64,000 nucleotides of DNA from Nannocystis bainbridge (GTDB taxonomy: Bacteria; Myxococcota_A; Polyangia; Nannocystales; Nannocystaceae). The number at the start of each line of letters is the position of its first letter. Position 1 is the stretch's first letter. The DNA lies in NCBI RefSeq assembly GCF_028368995.1, contig NZ_JAQNDL010000001.1, positions 608,001-672,000 on the forward strand. The letters are read 5' to 3'. The position numbers were made by a program, and so were the translations under genes. The notes below the pieces were generated by a model. It was not told where the DNA came from. It saw only the letters and a program-made list of their open reading frames with translations, and did no database searches. Positions 30,748 through 40,412 of this stretch are shown piece after piece.

Positions 30748-32298
30748 TCACTCGCCCGCCAGCACCTCGCGCGCCCGCTCGCCGGCCGAGGAGAACGGCC
30801 CGCGGGCGATCTCCTGCAGCAGCGCCTGGGCCTCGCGCGCCGGCATGTGGCCCTCGACGGCGTTCAGCGCGGCCCAGTAGGCGCTCTCGTTGCGGTCGAC
30901 GGCCAGGCGCTGGCGCAGGAATCCGACCGCCTCGGGCAGCGCCATGAACCGGGTCGCCCCGCGCAGCGCGTCGGCCCGGACGGCGTCGTCAGGGTCGTTG
31001 ACGGCGGCGTGCAGGAACAGCGGCGCGAGCTCCGGGTGGTCCTCCATGTTGCAGCCCTGCCACGCCATCGAGCGCCGCACCGCGGAGGAACGGTCCGACA
31101 GCAGCGTGGTCACAAGCTGGGTCAGGCGCGGGTCCTCGGGCAGCCAGTGCAGGCGCTCGGTCAGCTCCTTGCGCACGTCGGCGCTCGGGTTGCCCTGCGC
31201 GTGCTGCAGGTAAGTGCCGAACACGAGGTCGACGCCGCCGTAGTTGTGAGACAGGGCGATCGCCGACAGGCACTGCGCCTGGACCTCGGGCGACGGGTCC
31301 TGCGCGGCCCAGTTGGCCACGAACTGCATGACGTCGAGCTGCTCGACGAGGCTCGCGGTGGCCCCGAACGCGGCCGCCCGCACCGAGACGTCGTCGTCCT
31401 GGCACAGCTGCAAGATCAGCTCGCGCCGCCCCTCGAGGTCGGCGTCGGCGTCGAGGTACAGCGAGGTAGCGAGCCGCGCCCGCACCTCCGGCGCCGGGTG
31501 CCGCGCGAGCTTCTGCACCAGCGGCAGCCCGCCCTCCTCGGCGAACTTGGCCGCCACCACCACGACCTCCTCCATCAGATGCGAGGGCAGGTCGCGCCCG
31601 GCCAGCCCCTCGAGCGCCCGGATGTGCTCCGGCTTGGCCCGGTCGTCGAGCACCGTGCCCCACGCCGCCAGCGCGGCCCGCCGCACCGAGTCCTCGCGGT
31701 GGTTCTCGACCAGCTTGAGCAGGAAGGCGTGGATCCCGGTGAAGTTGTTGTCGCGGTCGTACGCCTCGCCCTGCAGGTCGCTCAGCGCGTTCTCCAGCTC
31801 GTCGGTGTCGCGCGAGGTGAGCCCGGGGAACCGCTCGAGCACCACGTTCTCGCCGTCACCCATGCCGAGCAGCGACTTGACGGTGCCGAGCACGCCGCGG
31901 CCGCCGCCGAGCACGGTGAGCGGGGCCTCGGCCGAAGGGTCCTTGACGCTGGGGATGTCGGCGGAGGCGACGACCTTGTAGGTGGCCTCGGGCTTGGCAT
32001 CCTCGGGGATCTTGCAACGAAACTCGAACTTGTTGTGGCTGCCCGGGGCGAGGTCACGATCCTGGGCGATCACGTTGCTCACCAGCACCTTGACGTCGAT
32101 CGAGGGCAGCGAGCTGCCCTCCTTCGACTGCACCAACACCGAGACGATGTCGACCTTGAGCGCCGTCAGCTTGAGCGGCTTCTTGCCGCCGGTCAGCGTC
32201 AGCGAGCCGGCCACGGTGCCGCCAGGCGGGACCTTGTCGAGGTCGAGCTTGAGGTCGAGCTGTGTGCCGCCACCGAAGAGTTTGTTGAGCAGTCCCAT
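30748..32298 (-). CDS. SpoOM/arrestin-like N-terminal domain plus HEAT repeats
   Basis: MGLLNKLFGGG...PGGTVAGSLTLTGG; repeated VRxxA HEAT motifs. Confidence 0.75.
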   Translation of the reverse strand: MGLLNKLFGGGTQLDLKLDLDKVPPGGTVAGSLTLTGGKKPLKLTALKVDIVSVLVQSKEGSSLPSIDVKVLVSNVIAQDRDLAPGSHNKFEFRCKIPEDAKPEATYKVVASADIPSVKDPSAEAPLTVLGGGRGVLGTVKSLLGMGDGENVVLERFPGLTSRDTDELENALSDLQGEAYDRDNNFTGIHAFLLKLVENHREDSVRRAALAAWGTVLDDRAKPEHIRALEGLAGRDLPSHLMEEVVVVAAKFAEEGGLPLVQKLARHPAPEVRARLATSLYLDADADLEGRRELILQLCQDDDVSVRAAAFGATASLVEQLDVMQFVANWAAQDPSPEVQAQCLSAIALSHNYGGVDLVFGTYLQHAQGNPSADVRKELTERLHWLPEDPRLTQLVTTLLSDRSSAVRRSMAWQGCNMEDHPELAPLFLHAAVNDPDDAVRADALRGATRFMALPEAVGFLRQRLAVDRNESAYWAALNAVEGHMPAREAQALLQEIARGPFSSAGERAREVLAGE

Positions 32299-32470
32299 GC
32301 GTGGCCGGATGGTATCACCGGGTCAAGCAGCCACGAGGGCAGCGCGACGGCGGGGCACGCCCTCGCAAGGCCCCGTCGTTCGCGAAGCCCGCGACGGGCC
32401 GCCAGCGAGACGCTGTTTCGCCGCGGCACGGTGAACCCCCGACCCCCACGTTCGCGGGGATCCACCGCCC

Positions 32471-32857
32471 TCACCGGCCATCGGGCGGCAGATCGGTCCG
32501 TTCGCTCAAGCACGCCGCGTGGCCGAGGATCACGTCGCCGTCGCGGGTGGCCGTCGGCGTCGGCCGCCAACCCGCGGCCACCCGGGCCGCCAGCAGCTCG
32601 TCGGCCGTCGGCGCGTGGTCCCAGACGGCGACCGCCGTCACGCCCCCGAGTCACGTGGTGTCGTACACGAGGTGCAGCGCGCCCTCGTAATGCACCACGA
32701 TGTCGTGGGTGTACTCGTCCTGGGTGATGACCTCGAGCAGCCGCGCCCGGCCGCCGCCGCACCAGCGAGCGACCACCGCCAGCGTGTGCTGCGACGCGAC
32801 GATCGCGGCGATCTCGGCGAGCCGGGCAGGATCGAGGCCGACGCGATCGACGAGCAT
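32471..32857 (-). CDS. Putative selenoprotein (128 aa; in-frame TGA at codon 69, 32651-32653)
   Basis: ...QDEYTHDIVV...LVYDTT-TGA-LGGVTAVAVWDHAPTADELLAARVAAGWRPTPT...GHAAC; frame open with strong GC3 bias after TGA; SECIS-like hairpin at +12. Confidence 0.75.
32624..32639 (-). promoter_or_regulatory. Bacterial SECIS-like hairpin
   Basis: GACGGC-GGUC-GCCGUC begins 11 nt after the UGA; same spacer and GGUC apical sequence as I recall for the E. coli fdhF SECIS. Confidence 0.7.
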
Positions 32858-32879
32858 CGACAATACGGTAGCACCGCCG

Positions 32880-33482
32880 TCAAGACCGCGAGCCGAAGTA
32901 GAACCCGACCAGCGCCGCCAGCCCCTGCTCGAGCCCGAGCCGGCCCACGCCCACGGTCGCCGCGTCCGGCAGGACATGGAAGAAAGCGTGGAGCGCCAGC
33001 GCGCCGACGGCCGCGATGCCGACGATCGCCCGCATGTCCTCGAGGACACGTGACGTGCCGCCGATGCGCCGCTGCAGCCAGCCCGTCACCCGCGTGAGCA
33101 GCAGCCCGAGCACGAACGCGAACGCCAGCACGAGCGTCACCACCCCGCGCTGCGACGCCGCGCCCTCCTGCCGCATCACGATCACGCCGACGCCGACGAG
33201 CCCGGCGATCAGCAGCAGGCGCACCGAGCCGCGCGGCAGCCACAGCGGCGGCGGGCCAGCGGACGCGTCCGCGGGCGCCTGGGCCCGGGCCGCGAAGTAA
33301 TGCCCGAGCACCACGAACAGCAGGCTCTCGAGCGCCTCCGGCGGCGCCTCGTCGGGCGCGCGCACCAGCAGCCCGCAGACCGTGCCGACCACCCCGAGCG
33401 CCAGCAGCGCCCGCACGCTGCCCGCCGGCAGCCCGAGCGCGTGCCGCCGCCGCCAATCCGCCGTCGCCGCCGTGTCGCTCAC
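32880..33482 (-). CDS. Multi-pass membrane protein with internal duplication
   Basis: LGLPAGSVRALL / LWLPRGSVRLLL and VLGHYFAAR / LVGFYFGSR; ends 22 bp upstream of the selenoprotein start. Confidence 0.8.
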   Translation of the reverse strand: MSDTAATADWRRRHALGLPAGSVRALLALGVVGTVCGLLVRAPDEAPPEALESLLFVVLGHYFAARAQAPADASAGPPPLWLPRGSVRLLLIAGLVGVGVIVMRQEGAASQRGVVTLVLAFAFVLGLLLTRVTGWLQRRIGGTSRVLEDMRAIVGIAAVGALALHAFFHVLPDAATVGVGRLGLEQGLAALVGFYFGSRS

Positions 33483-33676
33483 GCCCGGATTGTAGGCCGC
33501 GCGCCGGTCCGCGCGGCCCGACGATTTTCGCCCCTCGCCCGCGCGCGATCGCCAGTCGCCGACCGGATCGCCGCCGCAGCGGCGCGGCCCCGCCCTCGCC
33601 CTGCATCGCCGGCGCCGCGCCGGCGAATGTCATCACATGTCCGCAGAGACAGCTCGCCGCGATCCGGCGAATGACG

Positions 33677-34147
33677 TCACTCGAGCCGCACCGGCACCGC
33701 CTCGGGGCTGTCGATCTCGCGCGGGAGGACCCCGATCCACGAGATGCGCGCCCCCTGCGGCAGCACCGGCGGCCGGCCTTCCTCGACCTCCGCGACCGCC
33801 TCGCGCTCCTCGTCGGTCGAGAAGCACAGCCCCTCGACGCCCTCGAGCAGCAGCACCTCGTTGACCGGATCCAGCAGCAACACGCCGTCGATCTCGCCGA
33901 GCGTCACGCCGAGCCCCAGGCCCTCGGCCGTGCGCCCCGGGTGCTCGTCGTGGATCCCCACCTGCGTGACCACCTCGTCCTCGATGAACAGGGTGACGTC
34001 CCGCGAGTGGACCAGGCGCATGTCGCCGCGCTGCTCGAGCACGACCGCCCCCGCGCCCTCGAGCAGCGCCTCTTGCGGCCCCGCCGGCTCGCCCACGCGG
34101 AACGGGCCGATGCATTGTCCCGGGATGATTCGCAGCTGTTCTTCCAC
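33677..34147 (-). CDS. Hypothetical acidic protein
   Basis: GTG start at 34147; IIPGQCIGPFRVG...TAEGLGLG; codon bias. Confidence 0.6.
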   Translation of the reverse strand: MEEQLRIIPGQCIGPFRVGEPAGPQEALLEGAGAVVLEQRGDMRLVHSRDVTLFIEDEVVTQVGIHDEHPGRTAEGLGLGVTLGEIDGVLLLDPVNEVLLLEGVEGLCFSTDEEREAVAEVEEGRPPVLPQGARISWIGVLPREIDSPEAVPVRLE

Positions 34148-34407
34148 GCGCCGGCTCCTCGTCGGCGCGCACCCTAACAGCTCGCCGGGGCCGCGAGAAG
34201 CCGCGCACAGCCATCCCCCGGCGGCCAGCACTGGCCATTCGCTCGCCCATCGCCAATGTCCAGGGTCGCCGCGTCCCCAGCGCCGGCACCCCCTCATCCG
34301 GGAAATCCCGAAATCCGCCGCAGGCGGCCTCGACGGCGGCCTCCGGCGGCGAATTCGCTGCTTGCGCGGACCCGGGACCGCGATCATGCCGCCCGGACAG
34401 GAGTCGT

Positions 34408-35472
34408 ATGATGACGTCGTCCCGCGGGTTTTGGATGTGGGTGGTGGGGCTGTGTACTGTGGGCGCGTGTGACGGGCCGGCGCCCGAAGCGGACGCCGCC
34501 GTCGAGCTCCGCGAGCAGGTCGCCAACGGCCTCGAGCTGAACTCTGCCGTGCTGAACGGCATGCGCATGAACGGCATGCGCATGAACGGCGCCACGTTCA
34601 ACGGCATGCGCATGAACGGCATGCGCATGAACGGCATCAACCTCAACGGCCTCGGCTTGACCGGCAGCAGCCTGTCGGCCACGGGGATCGTGAACGGCGC
34701 GCCCAAGGTGTTCACCGGCACGCAGCTCGAGACCGCCGAGATCGACCTCGACATCGACGGCGCCGCCTGGAAGCTGCGCTTCGACGACATCTACAAGAAC
34801 CCCGCCGCCCCCCAGGGCGACGTGTGGTTCTACGAGATCTCGGTCCAGGCCCCGGGCGACACCGGTTGGGACAGCCTCTGCTACGACCACCTCGGCCAGC
34901 CGACTCAGGCGATCCCGCTCGCCAATTACTGGGACCTCACCACCGGCGCGCGGATCGTCGACCCCACCGTCGTCACCTTCGCCTGCCGCGACGCCGTGCT
35001 CGCCAAGTGCGTGGAGTGGGGCTACCGGCCGTGGGCCAAGGTCGGCTCGACCTCGCTGGCCAACCACCACCAGGCCTGCACCCGCATGACGCGCGCCGAC
35101 TACTGCGGCGACGGCACCAGCCACACCTTCACCGGCACGCCGATCGACATCTTCGACAAGCTGACCCCGCGGATCCAGAGCTCGACCACCCAGACTCGCC
35201 AGAGCTGGGGCCCCGAGGCCGAGTGGGGCCCCAACGGCGCCGTCTGCGTGGGCGACATGATGCGCCTCAAGCTGTTCGACGACGCCGGCGTCCCCTACAC
35301 CTACCCGTCCTGCCTCGACGCCATCGACGACTTCAGCTCCTGCGGCACCCTCTCGCCCAGCCGCAACGGGCTGATCGCCAACCGCTTCTGCGACAAGTGG
35401 GGCGACCAGCCGCAGCAGTGCAACAGCAAGGACAACAACGGCGACGACGACGAGGACGACGGCGACGATTGA
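34408..35472 (+). CDS. ADYC-domain lipoprotein with NGMRM pentapeptide repeats
   Basis: Lipobox TVGAC; NGMRMNGMRM repeats; AKCVEWGYRPW, ACTRMTRADYCGDG. Confidence 0.88.
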   Translation: MMTSSRGFWMWVVGLCTVGACDGPAPEADAAVELREQVANGLELNSAVLNGMRMNGMRMNGATFNGMRMNGMRMNGINLNGLGLTGSSLSATGIVNGAPKVFTGTQLETAEIDLDIDGAAWKLRFDDIYKNPAAPQGDVWFYEISVQAPGDTGWDSLCYDHLGQPTQAIPLANYWDLTTGARIVDPTVVTFACRDAVLAKCVEWGYRPWAKVGSTSLANHHQACTRMTRADYCGDGTSHTFTGTPIDIFDKLTPRIQSSTTQTRQSWGPEAEWGPNGAVCVGDMMRLKLFDDAGVPYTYPSCLDAIDDFSSCGTLSPSRNGLIANRFCDKWGDQPQQCNSKDNNGDDDEDDGDD

Positions 35473-35525
35473 CCCGAAGGCCAGGTCCGCAATGCTCGGA
35501 CCTGTCCCCGGGGACACCTCGCGAA

Positions 35526-35556
35526 AGAGGCCGCCAGCGCGACGCTGGCGGCCTCT
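35526..35556. terminator. Hairpin between convergent genes
   Basis: AGAGGCCGCCAGCG-CGA-CGCTGGCGGCCTCT, perfect 14-bp stem. Confidence 0.7.
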
Positions 35557-35585
35557 GCCGTTTTATCGACCGCCCGCGGGCGGCC

Positions 35586-36704
35586 TCAGCGCGCCTCGGC
35601 CAGCTTGCCCGAGGTCGTCGCCAGGTACTCTTCCCACTTGCGGATCGTCAGCGCCTGGAACGCGTGCACCGCCGGGTTGAGCTCGGCGATGGGCGCCTGC
35701 CAGTGGCGGTTGTAGCCGTCCTGCTCGGCCTCGACCGCGACCCCGTCCTCCTCGAGCAGCGGCTTGAACACCACCTGCTTGGCGATCCCGAGCACCGGCT
35801 CCATCACCTGGCGCGGGATCTGCAGCGGCAGCCCCGGGACCTTGAAGCTGTCGAAGTAGAACAGGAAGAACGAGCGGGTGGTCTGCTCGTCGATCGGCAG
35901 GCAGAAGCACCAGTCCTTGATCTTCCCGTCGGTGTCCGACCACTGATACGGGTATTGATAGCAGAGCGTCATCGCATTGACGTTGGTGCGCTTGCGATCG
36001 ACGAAGTGCTTCATCAGCGGCCCGTCGGCCACCTTGGTGTCGTACGACACGTAGACGCGGTCGCCGTCGACCCGCAGGTCGGTCAGCGTCGAGTCCGTGA
36101 ACGGGCGGAACCGCCGGTGCAGGTACGCGTGGGTGAAGTCGCTGACGTTGTCGATGATCATCGAGTGGTGGGCCTTCCACGTGAAGTCCACCAGCAGCTT
36201 GGCCCACGGCTTCGGCCCGTCGAGCTCCGGGATCTCCGGCATCGGCGTCGCGTCGGCGCGCGCCGGGTCGCCGAAGAACACCCACACCAGGCCATAGCGC
36301 TCGCGCACCGGGTAGTGGCGCAGCTCGATCTTCGGCAGCGGCTTGCCGAACAGCTCGTGCGGCACCTTGCACAGCTTGCCGTCGCCGCCGTACGCCCAGC
36401 CGTGGTACGGGCACACCACGTTGCAGCCCTCGACCCGCCCGCCCGACAGCTTGAGCTGGCGGTGCGCGCAGCGGTTGTCGATCGCGCGCAGGGCCCCGTC
36501 CTCGCCGCGGAACACCGCGACCGAACGGCGCCAGAACGTCACCTCGACCACCTTGCCGACCGGCACCGCGCGCGCGTACTCGACGGCGTACCAGTGATTG
36601 GGGTCGAGCCCGGCCGCGCGGACCTTCTGCCGCTTGTTGCGCGCCTCCTCGAAGCTCGGCGGCGGCGCGCGCCCGATCGTGTGCAGCATCTCCGTCATCG
36701 TCAT
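35586..36704 (-). CDS. Rieske non-heme iron oxygenase alpha subunit
   Basis: CAHR...CPYHGW Rieske motif; DNVSDFTHAYLH mononuclear Fe motif; ATGA overlap with the upstream gene. Confidence 0.9.
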   Translation of the reverse strand: MTMTEMLHTIGRAPPPSFEEARNKRQKVRAAGLDPNHWYAVEYARAVPVGKVVEVTFWRRSVAVFRGEDGALRAIDNRCAHRQLKLSGGRVEGCNVVCPYHGWAYGGDGKLCKVPHELFGKPLPKIELRHYPVRERYGLVWVFFGDPARADATPMPEIPELDGPKPWAKLLVDFTWKAHHSMIIDNVSDFTHAYLHRRFRPFTDSTLTDLRVDGDRVYVSYDTKVADGPLMKHFVDRKRTNVNAMTLCYQYPYQWSDTDGKIKDWCFCLPIDEQTTRSFFLFYFDSFKVPGLPLQIPRQVMEPVLGIAKQVVFKPLLEEDGVAVEAEQDGYNRHWQAPIAELNPAVHAFQALTIRKWEEYLATTSGKLAEAR

Positions 36705-37228
36705 CCTCGTCCTGTCTCGAACAGCGGGCGGACCTCGCCCGCGGGCCCGCGCCGCGGCAGCATTCGCCGCAGCAGCGCCAGCGGAAAGAGCACGTACGGC
36801 GCATACAACAGCGCCACCAGCCACGGCACCGTCGGCCGCGGCTCGCCGAAGGTGTGCACCCCGAGGAAGATCACCATCGAGTAGAGCATCACCGACGCGT
36901 AGATGATCGCGGGCCAGCGGATCCACTCGCGCCGGCGCACCAGCGCGACCGCCAGCACCGCGTAGAACGGCCCGAACACGAAGGCCGACACGCACGACGC
37001 GATCTGCAGCCACAGCGGGTTCAGCACGATCAGCGGATCGTAGGTGCTGCCCCACCAGTAGAAGAAGCCGCGCAGCCCCTCCGTCGCCGGCGCCATCGGC
37101 CCCGGCTCGAGCGCGGCCATGCGGTCGAACAGCAGCGACGTGCTGCAGAAGCTGAGCGCGAACACCAGCAGGACGCGGTCGATCCAGCGCACCTGGACAT
37201 GTCCCTCGTGACCTGTCACGTCCGCCAT
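36701..37228 (-). CDS. EXPERA/EBP-like (sterol isomerase/TMEM97 family) membrane protein
   Basis: Four TM helices; YDPLIVLNPLWLQ...FVFGPFY; YAPYVLFPL. Confidence 0.7.
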   Translation of the reverse strand: MADVTGHEGHVQVRWIDRVLLVFALSFCSTSLLFDRMAALEPGPMAPATEGLRGFFYWWGSTYDPLIVLNPLWLQIASCVSAFVFGPFYAVLAVALVRRREWIRWPAIIYASVMLYSMVIFLGVHTFGEPRPTVPWLVALLYAPYVLFPLALLRRMLPRRGPAGEVRPLFETGRG

Positions 37229-37246
37229 GTCCTCTCGCTCATGTCC
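37195..37246. repeat. 14-bp-phased motif array spanning a stop/start junction (4 units)
   Basis: GGACATGTCC 37195, TGACCTGTCA 37209, CGCCATGTCC 37223, GCTCATGTCC 37237. Confidence 0.8.
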
Positions 37247-38666
37247 CTGCGGACTGCTGGCCGACCCGCCGGTAGCGGACCCGGCACGGCGGGCGCGGGC
37301 CGACGATCAGGTTGGTGTAGTCGACCGGGTAGCTCGGGTCGAGCAGGTCGAACTCGAAGTTGCGCAGCAGGTGGCTCCACAGCGCGCGCAGCTGCAGCTG
37401 GGCGAACACGATGCCCATGCAGCGGTGGCGCCCGGCCCCGAACGCGATGTGGCCGTAGGGCCAGCGCTTGTCCTCCTCGCGGCCCGGCATGAAGCGGTCG
37501 GGGTCGAACCGGTGCGGCTCGGGGAACACCTCCGGCACCCGCTGACCGACCGCCGGCGAGGCGATGATCATGCTGCCCTCGGGCACCTGCTTGCCCTGGA
37601 ACTCGAACGCCTTGAGCACGCGACGCATCACCAGGATGATCGGCGGGTACAGGCGGAGGGCCTCCTTGATGGTGGCCTCGAGCAGCTTCATCTTCTGCAG
37701 GTCGTCGTAGGTGATGCGCTCGCGGTCGCCGAGGATCTCGCGCTGCTCGGCGACGAGGCGGCGGAAGATGTGCGGGTGCTGGGCCAGCAGCACCGCGATC
37801 CACGAGAACGTCACGCCGCTGGTGTGGTGGCCGGCGAACATGATCGTCAGGATGAGCCCCGTGATCTCGTCGACCGTCAGCTTGCGCCCGTCGGCGTAGC
37901 TCGACTCGACCAGCGTCTGCAGGATGTCCTCGTGGGTGTGCGCGTCGGAGCGGCGCTCGGCGACGATCTTCTCGATCAGCTCGACCATCTTGACCCGCGC
38001 CTTGTCGCGCCGGCGCATGGCCGGCAGCGGCAGGTACGGGGCGAAGAACGAGATGACGTTGATCCCGCCCTCGAGGTCGGCGTACAGCTCGGAGAACTCC
38101 TTGCTGAGCTTGAACCGCATCTTGTCGCCGAGCAGGCAGCGGGTCGACGTGTAGAGCGTCACCTCGTTGCCGACCTCGAGCATGTTGACCTCGCCGGTCT
38201 GGCCCCACTTGCCGAAGAAATGCTCCGACTCGGCGATGAAGCCGTCGGTGTAGGTCCGCAGCCGGCTCTCGCGCAGCGCCCCGTGGAAGAAGCCGAGCTG
38301 CTCCTTCATGATCTGCGGCTCGGCGTCGTAGGCGATGCCCTTGCCGAACACCGGCGTCATCAGCTGGTACGCCTCGCGCTGGCTGACCTCGTCGTCGCGG
38401 AAGCGGAAGTACTTCTCCTGCGCCGCGTGGCCGGTCATCACCACGCCGAGGGTGCCCGGCAGGCGCACGCAGAAGATGTCGCCGAACATGTCGCGCCCGC
38501 GCTGGACCATCGCCACCGGGTTCGAGCGCAGCTCGCCCGCGTGGCCGACGAACGGCAGGCCGCCCGGCAACATGGGCGGCAAGTTGGGGAGGTCGAGCGG
38601 GAGCGGGCGCAGCGTCGACAGCAACGTCGTCGCCGTCTGACGCACGTGTTCGGGGACCGTGAGCAT
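37239..38666 (-). CDS. cyp51: Cytochrome P450, CYP51 sterol 14-alpha-demethylase-like
   Basis: CYP51 signatures AYQLMTPVFGKGIAYDA and FAGHHTS; EALRLYPP; heme motif FGAGRHRCMG. Confidence 0.88.
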   Translation of the reverse strand: MLTVPEHVRQTATTLLSTLRPLPLDLPNLPPMLPGGLPFVGHAGELRSNPVAMVQRGRDMFGDIFCVRLPGTLGVVMTGHAAQEKYFRFRDDEVSQREAYQLMTPVFGKGIAYDAEPQIMKEQLGFFHGALRESRLRTYTDGFIAESEHFFGKWGQTGEVNMLEVGNEVTLYTSTRCLLGDKMRFKLSKEFSELYADLEGGINVISFFAPYLPLPAMRRRDKARVKMVELIEKIVAERRSDAHTHEDILQTLVESSYADGRKLTVDEITGLILTIMFAGHHTSGVTFSWIAVLLAQHPHIFRRLVAEQREILGDRERITYDDLQKMKLLEATIKEALRLYPPIILVMRRVLKAFEFQGKQVPEGSMIIASPAVGQRVPEVFPEPHRFDPDRFMPGREEDKRWPYGHIAFGAGRHRCMGIVFAQLQLRALWSHLLRNFEFDLLDPSYPVDYTNLIVGPRPPCRVRYRRVGQQSAGT

Positions 38667-39100
38667 CGAGGGGCACGCTACCGCAAGCCCCCGCGCCGAC
38701 GCCCGCGCGGCGGCTGTGAGAGAACTTCACGCGTCGACGCCGCGGACGCAGGCGGTCCACAGGTCCAGATCGCCCGCTTCGGCGTCCGCGACCGCGGCCG
38801 TGTGCGCGGCGCCAGGTGACTTCGCTTCGACGCGCGTCGCCCGGGCCACGGCCGCCTACGCCCGCGTTTGTCCTGGCCCTGCGAACCGCCGCGCACACGC
38901 CCCCGGCCGCGCCCGTTCGGGGCTTTCCCCAGCCGGAAGCTCGCGGTCTGGCCCGGGCGCTGCCACGCCCCCGACAGTGATCGGCGCCACACTGCTGCGC
39001 GCCGCCCCGATCGCGTCGAGCGGCAGCAAAAATCGCGGCCTACGCGTCGGCGCCAATTTGTCCCCGGTCCGCGAGGCCGCGCCTCCACGGCGAAGGACCT

Positions 39101-39472
39101 TCAATCGCGCGTGTACCACCACGCCCACGCCAGCAGCACCAGCTGCAGCGGCACCCGCACCCACAGCGCCGTCTGCGACGCCGGCAGCCCCTCGACCTGC
39201 ACGCCCGCCACCGCGTGGTGGATGTTGGCCGGCCACATCGCCAGCAACAGCGCGAACACCCCCCAGGCCGCCGCCTTGCGCGTGCGCGGGACCAGCAGCC
39301 CGAGCCCGCCGGCGATCTCGAGCACGCCGGTGATCAGCACCAGCTCGTAGTGCCACGGCAACTGCGGCGGCATGATCGCCATGAACCGGTCCGGGATCAC
39401 GAAATGCCCGACCCCCGCCGCGATCAGCAGCGCCGCCAGCACCCCCAGGAGCACCCGCTTCGGGATCGACAT
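39101..39472 (-). CDS. DoxX-like membrane protein
   Basis: AGVGHF, MPPQLP, GVLEIAGGLGLL, WPANI, LWVRVPLQ. Confidence 0.85.
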   Translation of the reverse strand: MSIPKRVLLGVLAALLIAAGVGHFVIPDRFMAIMPPQLPWHYELVLITGVLEIAGGLGLLVPRTRKAAAWGVFALLLAMWPANIHHAVAGVQVEGLPASQTALWVRVPLQLVLLAWAWWYTRD

Positions 39473-39531
39473 CCGGCCAGTGTGACAGATCGCCGCGCGC
39501 CTCACAGCGCCCGCGCGCTACCCTCCCGCGC

Positions 39532-40332
39532 ATGGAGCTCACCGACGTCCGCTACGACCGCGAGGGTGCGACCGCCCTCGTCACCCTCGATCGCCCCGCC
39601 GCGCGCAACGCCTACAGCGAGGCGATGGTCGAGAGCCTGGTGCACGCGATCGACCTCGCCGAGCGCGACGAGGCCGTGCGCGTCGTCATCCTCACCGGCG
39701 CCGGCCCGGCCTTCTCCGCCGGCGGCGACCTCAAGCGCATGCTCAACAAGGAGGGCATGTTCGCCGGCGGGCCAGCCGAGCTGCGCCGCCAGTACGTCGA
39801 CGGGATCCAGCGGATCTCGCGGCGCCTGGCGCTGACCGACAAGCCGATCGTGGCCGCCCTCAACGGCCCGGCGATCGGCGCGGGGCTCGACCTGGCGTGC
39901 ATGTGCGACCTGCGACTGGCCGCCCGCGGGGCCCAGTTCGGCTCGACCTTCGTCAAGGTCGGCCTGGTCCCCGGCGACGGCGGGGCCTACTTCCTGGCCC
40001 GCACGATCGGCTTCTCGCGCGCGCTCGAGCTCATGCTGACCGCCCGCGTGATCGACTGCGACGAGGCGCTGCGGATCGGCCTGGTCCACCGCGTGGTCGA
40101 GCCCGACGAGCTGCTGCCCGCCGCCCGCGCCCTGGCCTCCGAGCTGGCCGCCCTGCCCCCGGTGGCCCTGCGCCTGACCAAGCGCGCCGCCTACCGCAGC
40201 CACGAGGTCGGCCTCGACGCCGCGCTCGAGCTGGCCGCGACCTACCAGGGCGTGGCCCAGACCACCGCCGACCACCGCGAGGCCGTCGCCGCGATGCTCG
40301 AGCGCCGCCCGCCCCGCTTCACCGGCGAGTGA
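39532..40332 (+). CDS. Enoyl-CoA hydratase/isomerase (crotonase family)
   Basis: LDRPAARNA, FSAGGDL, KPIVAALNGPAIGAG, GLVPGDGG. Confidence 0.93.
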   Translation: MELTDVRYDREGATALVTLDRPAARNAYSEAMVESLVHAIDLAERDEAVRVVILTGAGPAFSAGGDLKRMLNKEGMFAGGPAELRRQYVDGIQRISRRLALTDKPIVAALNGPAIGAGLDLACMCDLRLAARGAQFGSTFVKVGLVPGDGGAYFLARTIGFSRALELMLTARVIDCDEALRIGLVHRVVEPDELLPAARALASELAALPPVALRLTKRAAYRSHEVGLDAALELAATYQGVAQTTADHREAVAAMLERRPPRFTGE

Positions 40333-40344
40333 GCTGTTTCCAAG

Positions 40345-40396
40345 GGACATGTCCTCCAGGGCATGGCCTCAAGGACATGCCCCATCGAGCATGTCC
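40345..40396. repeat. 14-bp-phased motif array between convergent genes (4 units)
   Basis: GGACATGTCC 40345, GGGCATGGCC 40359, GGACATGCCC 40373, GAGCATGTCC 40387. Confidence 0.9.
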
Positions 40397-40412
40397 CTGC
40401 GGTCCGCCGGGC

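Noticed and set aside
32471-32857. Pseudogene with a nonsense mutation
   Set aside because: Disfavoured, not excluded: a correctly spaced SECIS-like hairpin and intact codon bias after the TGA fit recoding better
34555-34650. 15-bp AACGGCATGCGCATG repeats as part of the CATG lattice
   Set aside because: The period is 15 bp and is explained by the NGMRM pentapeptide coding repeat
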